Below the pieces are notes generated by a model. It did no database searches and had not been told where the DNA came from. It was given only the letters and a program-made list of their open reading frames with translations. From positions 1-18,643 of the forward strand of contig JBLIRN010000052.1 of the NCBI GenBank assembly GCA_049472315.1: 18,643 nt of DNA, written 5' to 3'. Of the stretch, positions 16,033 through 18,643 are shown piece after piece. Made by a program: the position numbers and the translations under genes. The stretch is from a bacterium (lineage in GTDB: Bacteria > SZUA-182 > DTGQ01 > JAFGSM01). Numbering within the stretch: position 1 is the first letter of the stretch; every line of letters starts with the position of its first letter.

Positions 16033-17240
16033 CTGCACCCTTACTAAAGGTTATGAATCGACCAGGAAAAATGATACGCAGGGTATGGGGAACCCTCCGG
16101 AGGCTCTGCACCGGACCGCGTGCGCGCCGCCTTTTCGATCTTGTCCTGGAAGGTGATAATGCCCGGTCCATCACCAAGAGGGCGCTTCTCTCGTACATCG
16201 TCCATCCCTTTTTCATAAGCAGGGAGGACCCGTGCTTTTTGAACCACATAAACATCTGGCATGCGCAGGAGATCGTGCGGGTGCTGAATCACCTGGGCTA
16301 CAGCGTGGATGTGGTGGATTACACGGACAGGGACTTTATCCCGCAGCGCCGCTACGACCTGTTTATCGGGCACGGAGGGATCAACACCGAGCATATACTC
16401 TCACACCTTACGTCTCGGGCGGCACGGATATACTTCTCCACCGGGTGCTACTGGAGGTTCCACAACGAACAGGAATGCGCCCGCCTGGATGCCCTCAGAA
16501 GGCGGCGGGGTGTCTACCTTCATCCCGACCGGTTCATACACGACAGCGAGGAGGAGGCCCTTGTCTCCTCTCACGGCATCGTGGGCATCGGCAACGGGTT
16601 CACCAGGGAGACCTATTCCCGGTTTTCACCGGCGGTCATGATCAACGGCACCTCCATTGCCGACGACCACTATGAGACCATAGACAAGGACTTCAGGGAG
16701 GGGAGGGGCCATTTTCTCTATTTTGCCGGAAACGGACCGGTGCATAAGGGACTGGACCTTCTGCTGGAGGCGTTTTCCGGACTCCCCCAGCACCTCTGGA
16801 TCTGCACCCGGCTCGATCAGCCCTTTGAAGATGCCTACTTCGATGAACTGCACCATCGTCCCAATATCCATCTGGAGGGTGTGGTCCGGCCGCGCTCGGA
16901 CCGATTCTATGACCTGACCGGGCAATGCGCCTTCGTGATTCTTCCCTCCTGCAGCGAGGGGCAGGCCCAGTCCGTGGTGGAATGCATGAACCAGGGGTTG
17001 ATTCCGGTGGTCAGCCGTGCCTGCGGTCTGGACATCGACGGGCATGGCGTGCTCATCGATCCCTGCACCATCGATGAGATCGTCCGAATAATCCAAGATC
17101 TCTCCGCCTGGCCCGCCACCCGGTGCCGCGAGATGGCGGTAAAGGCGCGCACTATAGCCATAAAGGATTATTCCGAGGAGGCCTTCCAGCGGAATATACG
17201 GCGCGCCATCCAGGAGATCCTCGATCAGAAGGGGAATTGA
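16029..17240 (+). CDS. Glycosyltransferase, GT-B fold, GT4-like
   Basis: HKGLDLLLEAF and the EX7E motif SCSEGQAQSVVECMNQG. ATGA overlap with the upstream gene. Confidence 0.9.
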   Translation: MTAPLLKVMNRPGKMIRRVWGTLRRLCTGPRARRLFDLVLEGDNARSITKRALLSYIVHPFFISREDPCFLNHINIWHAQEIVRVLNHLGYSVDVVDYTDRDFIPQRRYDLFIGHGGINTEHILSHLTSRAARIYFSTGCYWRFHNEQECARLDALRRRRGVYLHPDRFIHDSEEEALVSSHGIVGIGNGFTRETYSRFSPAVMINGTSIADDHYETIDKDFREGRGHFLYFAGNGPVHKGLDLLLEAFSGLPQHLWICTRLDQPFEDAYFDELHHRPNIHLEGVVRPRSDRFYDLTGQCAFVILPSCSEGQAQSVVECMNQGLIPVVSRACGLDIDGHGVLIDPCTIDEIVRIIQDLSAWPATRCREMAVKARTIAIKDYSEEAFQRNIRRAIQEILDQKGN

Positions 17241-17246
17241 GCGGTC

Positions 17247-18080
17247 ATGTCCATCGCATTCCAATGGGATCCACGGGATTTCGCACACCTTGTCGACTCC
17301 TGCGAGCGGGATGACGCCACCCGGTACATCCTCACCTATATGCCCAGGGAGGGGCTCGTCGTGGAGGCCGGGTGCGGATTGGCGCGATACGTGGAGTTTC
17401 TGCATCGCAAAGGGTTCAGGGTGCTCGGCATCGAGCTGGATGCGGACACGATCGATACCGTGAAGAAGCTCGCCCCTCACCTGGATGTCAGGCAGGGGGA
17501 TCTGCTGGCCATGGATTTCGCAGATGGGTCCCTCGCCGGGATCATCTGTCTCGGCGTGGTGGAGCATTTTATGGAAGGGCCCGCAAGGCCCCTCAGGGAA
17601 CTGCACCGGGTATTGAAGCCGGGTGCCCATGCGGTGATTACCGTCCCGAGCTTCAACCTCCTCAGGAGGATACGCTATTACCTGGGTATCGTCAATCCTC
17701 TCAGGATTGCCAAGCGATCCCGGTTCGTTCGTCGCATCTTCGGGAAGGGGCCCCTACAGGGCCCCGTCCGCTCCGGCTGCACCTACCATCCCGGTACGGT
17801 GCCGTACCGCCGCCGGCATGGATTGCCTTCTGAGGGATTCTTCGAGTACCTCTTTTCCAGGGGAGAGTTTGAGGGGGAGCTCGATCGGGCGGGATTCATC
17901 AGGGTGAAAAGCGTGCCCATAGGCCACATGGACGGCATCCATCATGACATCAGCAAACGGATGGCGCCCTTTCGAGACTGGGCCTTTTACCCGAACCGGG
18001 CGGCCAGGCTTCTGAACCGGATACTGGGCATGATCCCCTTTTGTCACAATCATATGCACCTGTGCGTGGTGAGGAAATGA
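17247..18080 (+). CDS. Class I SAM-dependent methyltransferase
   Basis: VVEAGCG, GIE, GD, LGVVEHF and RVLKPG...ITVP. Confidence 0.9.
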   Translation: MSIAFQWDPRDFAHLVDSCERDDATRYILTYMPREGLVVEAGCGLARYVEFLHRKGFRVLGIELDADTIDTVKKLAPHLDVRQGDLLAMDFADGSLAGIICLGVVEHFMEGPARPLRELHRVLKPGAHAVITVPSFNLLRRIRYYLGIVNPLRIAKRSRFVRRIFGKGPLQGPVRSGCTYHPGTVPYRRRHGLPSEGFFEYLFSRGEFEGELDRAGFIRVKSVPIGHMDGIHHDISKRMAPFRDWAFYPNRAARLLNRILGMIPFCHNHMHLCVVRK

Positions 18081-18643
18081 TCGTACAACATTATTATAAG
18101 ATGTGCAGCCGGGTGAGAAAGGCCATGTCCTGGAGGTTCCCCGGCCGGTTCCCGGGGCTCTATTCCACCCTGGACGCCCCCATGGAGGTGCCGGTGCAGG
18201 TTGCAGCGTACGAGCTTGCACTGAAACGGTATCTCAAGGAGGGTGACAGGGTATGCGATGTGGGGTTCGGCCTGGGGTACGGATTGCGGATCATGGCCCA
18301 GAAGGCCGGGCAACTCGCGGGCATCGACATCGACCGGCGGGCTGTGGCCAGGGCGCGCTCGCTCATGGACACAGTCCCCCGCATAACCGAGGTGAGGCGC
18401 TATGACGGACATACCATCCCCTACGATGCAGGCTCCTTCGACGTGGTCACCTGCATCGACGTCATCGAGCACGTGCCCGATTATCTGGGGTTGATCAAGG
18501 AGATGGTGAGGGTCTCCCGGAGGGTCGTTTTCCTCTCTACACCCAACCGTCTCCCTGAGAATACGGGTCCGGATGGGAAGCCACGGAATCACTGGCACCT
18601 CAGGGAGTGGTCCTACGAGGAGCTCGACGGTATCCTGCAGGGG
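18077..18643 (+). CDS. Class I SAM-dependent methyltransferase, truncated by the window end (not in the ORF track)
   Basis: Manual translation from ATG 18077 (ATGA overlap; alternative ATG 18125) is open to the end of the window: VCDVGFGLGYG, GIDID, SFDVVTCIDVIEHV, EMVRVSR, STPNR, N-x-WHLREW. Confidence 0.9.
   Translation, partial: MIVQHYYKMCSRVRKAMSWRFPGRFPGLYSTLDAPMEVPVQVAAYELALKRYLKEGDRVCDVGFGLGYGLRIMAQKAGQLAGIDIDRRAVARARSLMDTVPRITEVRRYDGHTIPYDAGSFDVVTCIDVIEHVPDYLGLIKEMVRVSRRVVFLSTPNRLPENTGPDGKPRNHWHLREWSYEELDGILQG

Noticed and set aside
18050..18598. 182-aa minus-strand ORF
   Set aside because: Shadow of the + strand methyltransferase that runs off the window end.

Overview
All convincing genes are on the + strand. 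The window opens with the 3' end of a PflX-like radical SAM gene and a small membrane-anchored hypothetical gene, flanked by two structured intergenic elements: a 35-nt tandem repeat and a ~170-nt nested palindrome. From 1735 to the window end lies a bacterial surface-polysaccharide locus. It encodes a WbqC-like protein, a PIG-L deacetylase, a DegT-family aminotransferase, a WecA-like initiating transferase, a partly degenerate HD-GYP protein, a Wza/OPX export lipoprotein, a Wzc tyrosine kinase/co-polymerase, a Wzy/O-antigen-ligase-family protein, a Wzm/Wzt ABC exporter, a GT4 glycosyltransferase and three SAM methyltransferases (the last truncated by the window edge). The most striking feature is the 825-aa export protein, in which seven FG-GAP/VCBS Ca-binding repeats (a probable integrin-like 7-bladed beta-propeller) sit between the lipoprotein signal and a complete Wza module. 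It is translationally coupled to the HD-GYP gene and lies in a locus that mixes Wza/Wzc-type and ABC-type export machinery. All calls come from motif recognition by eye; no searches were run, so novelty is unverified.
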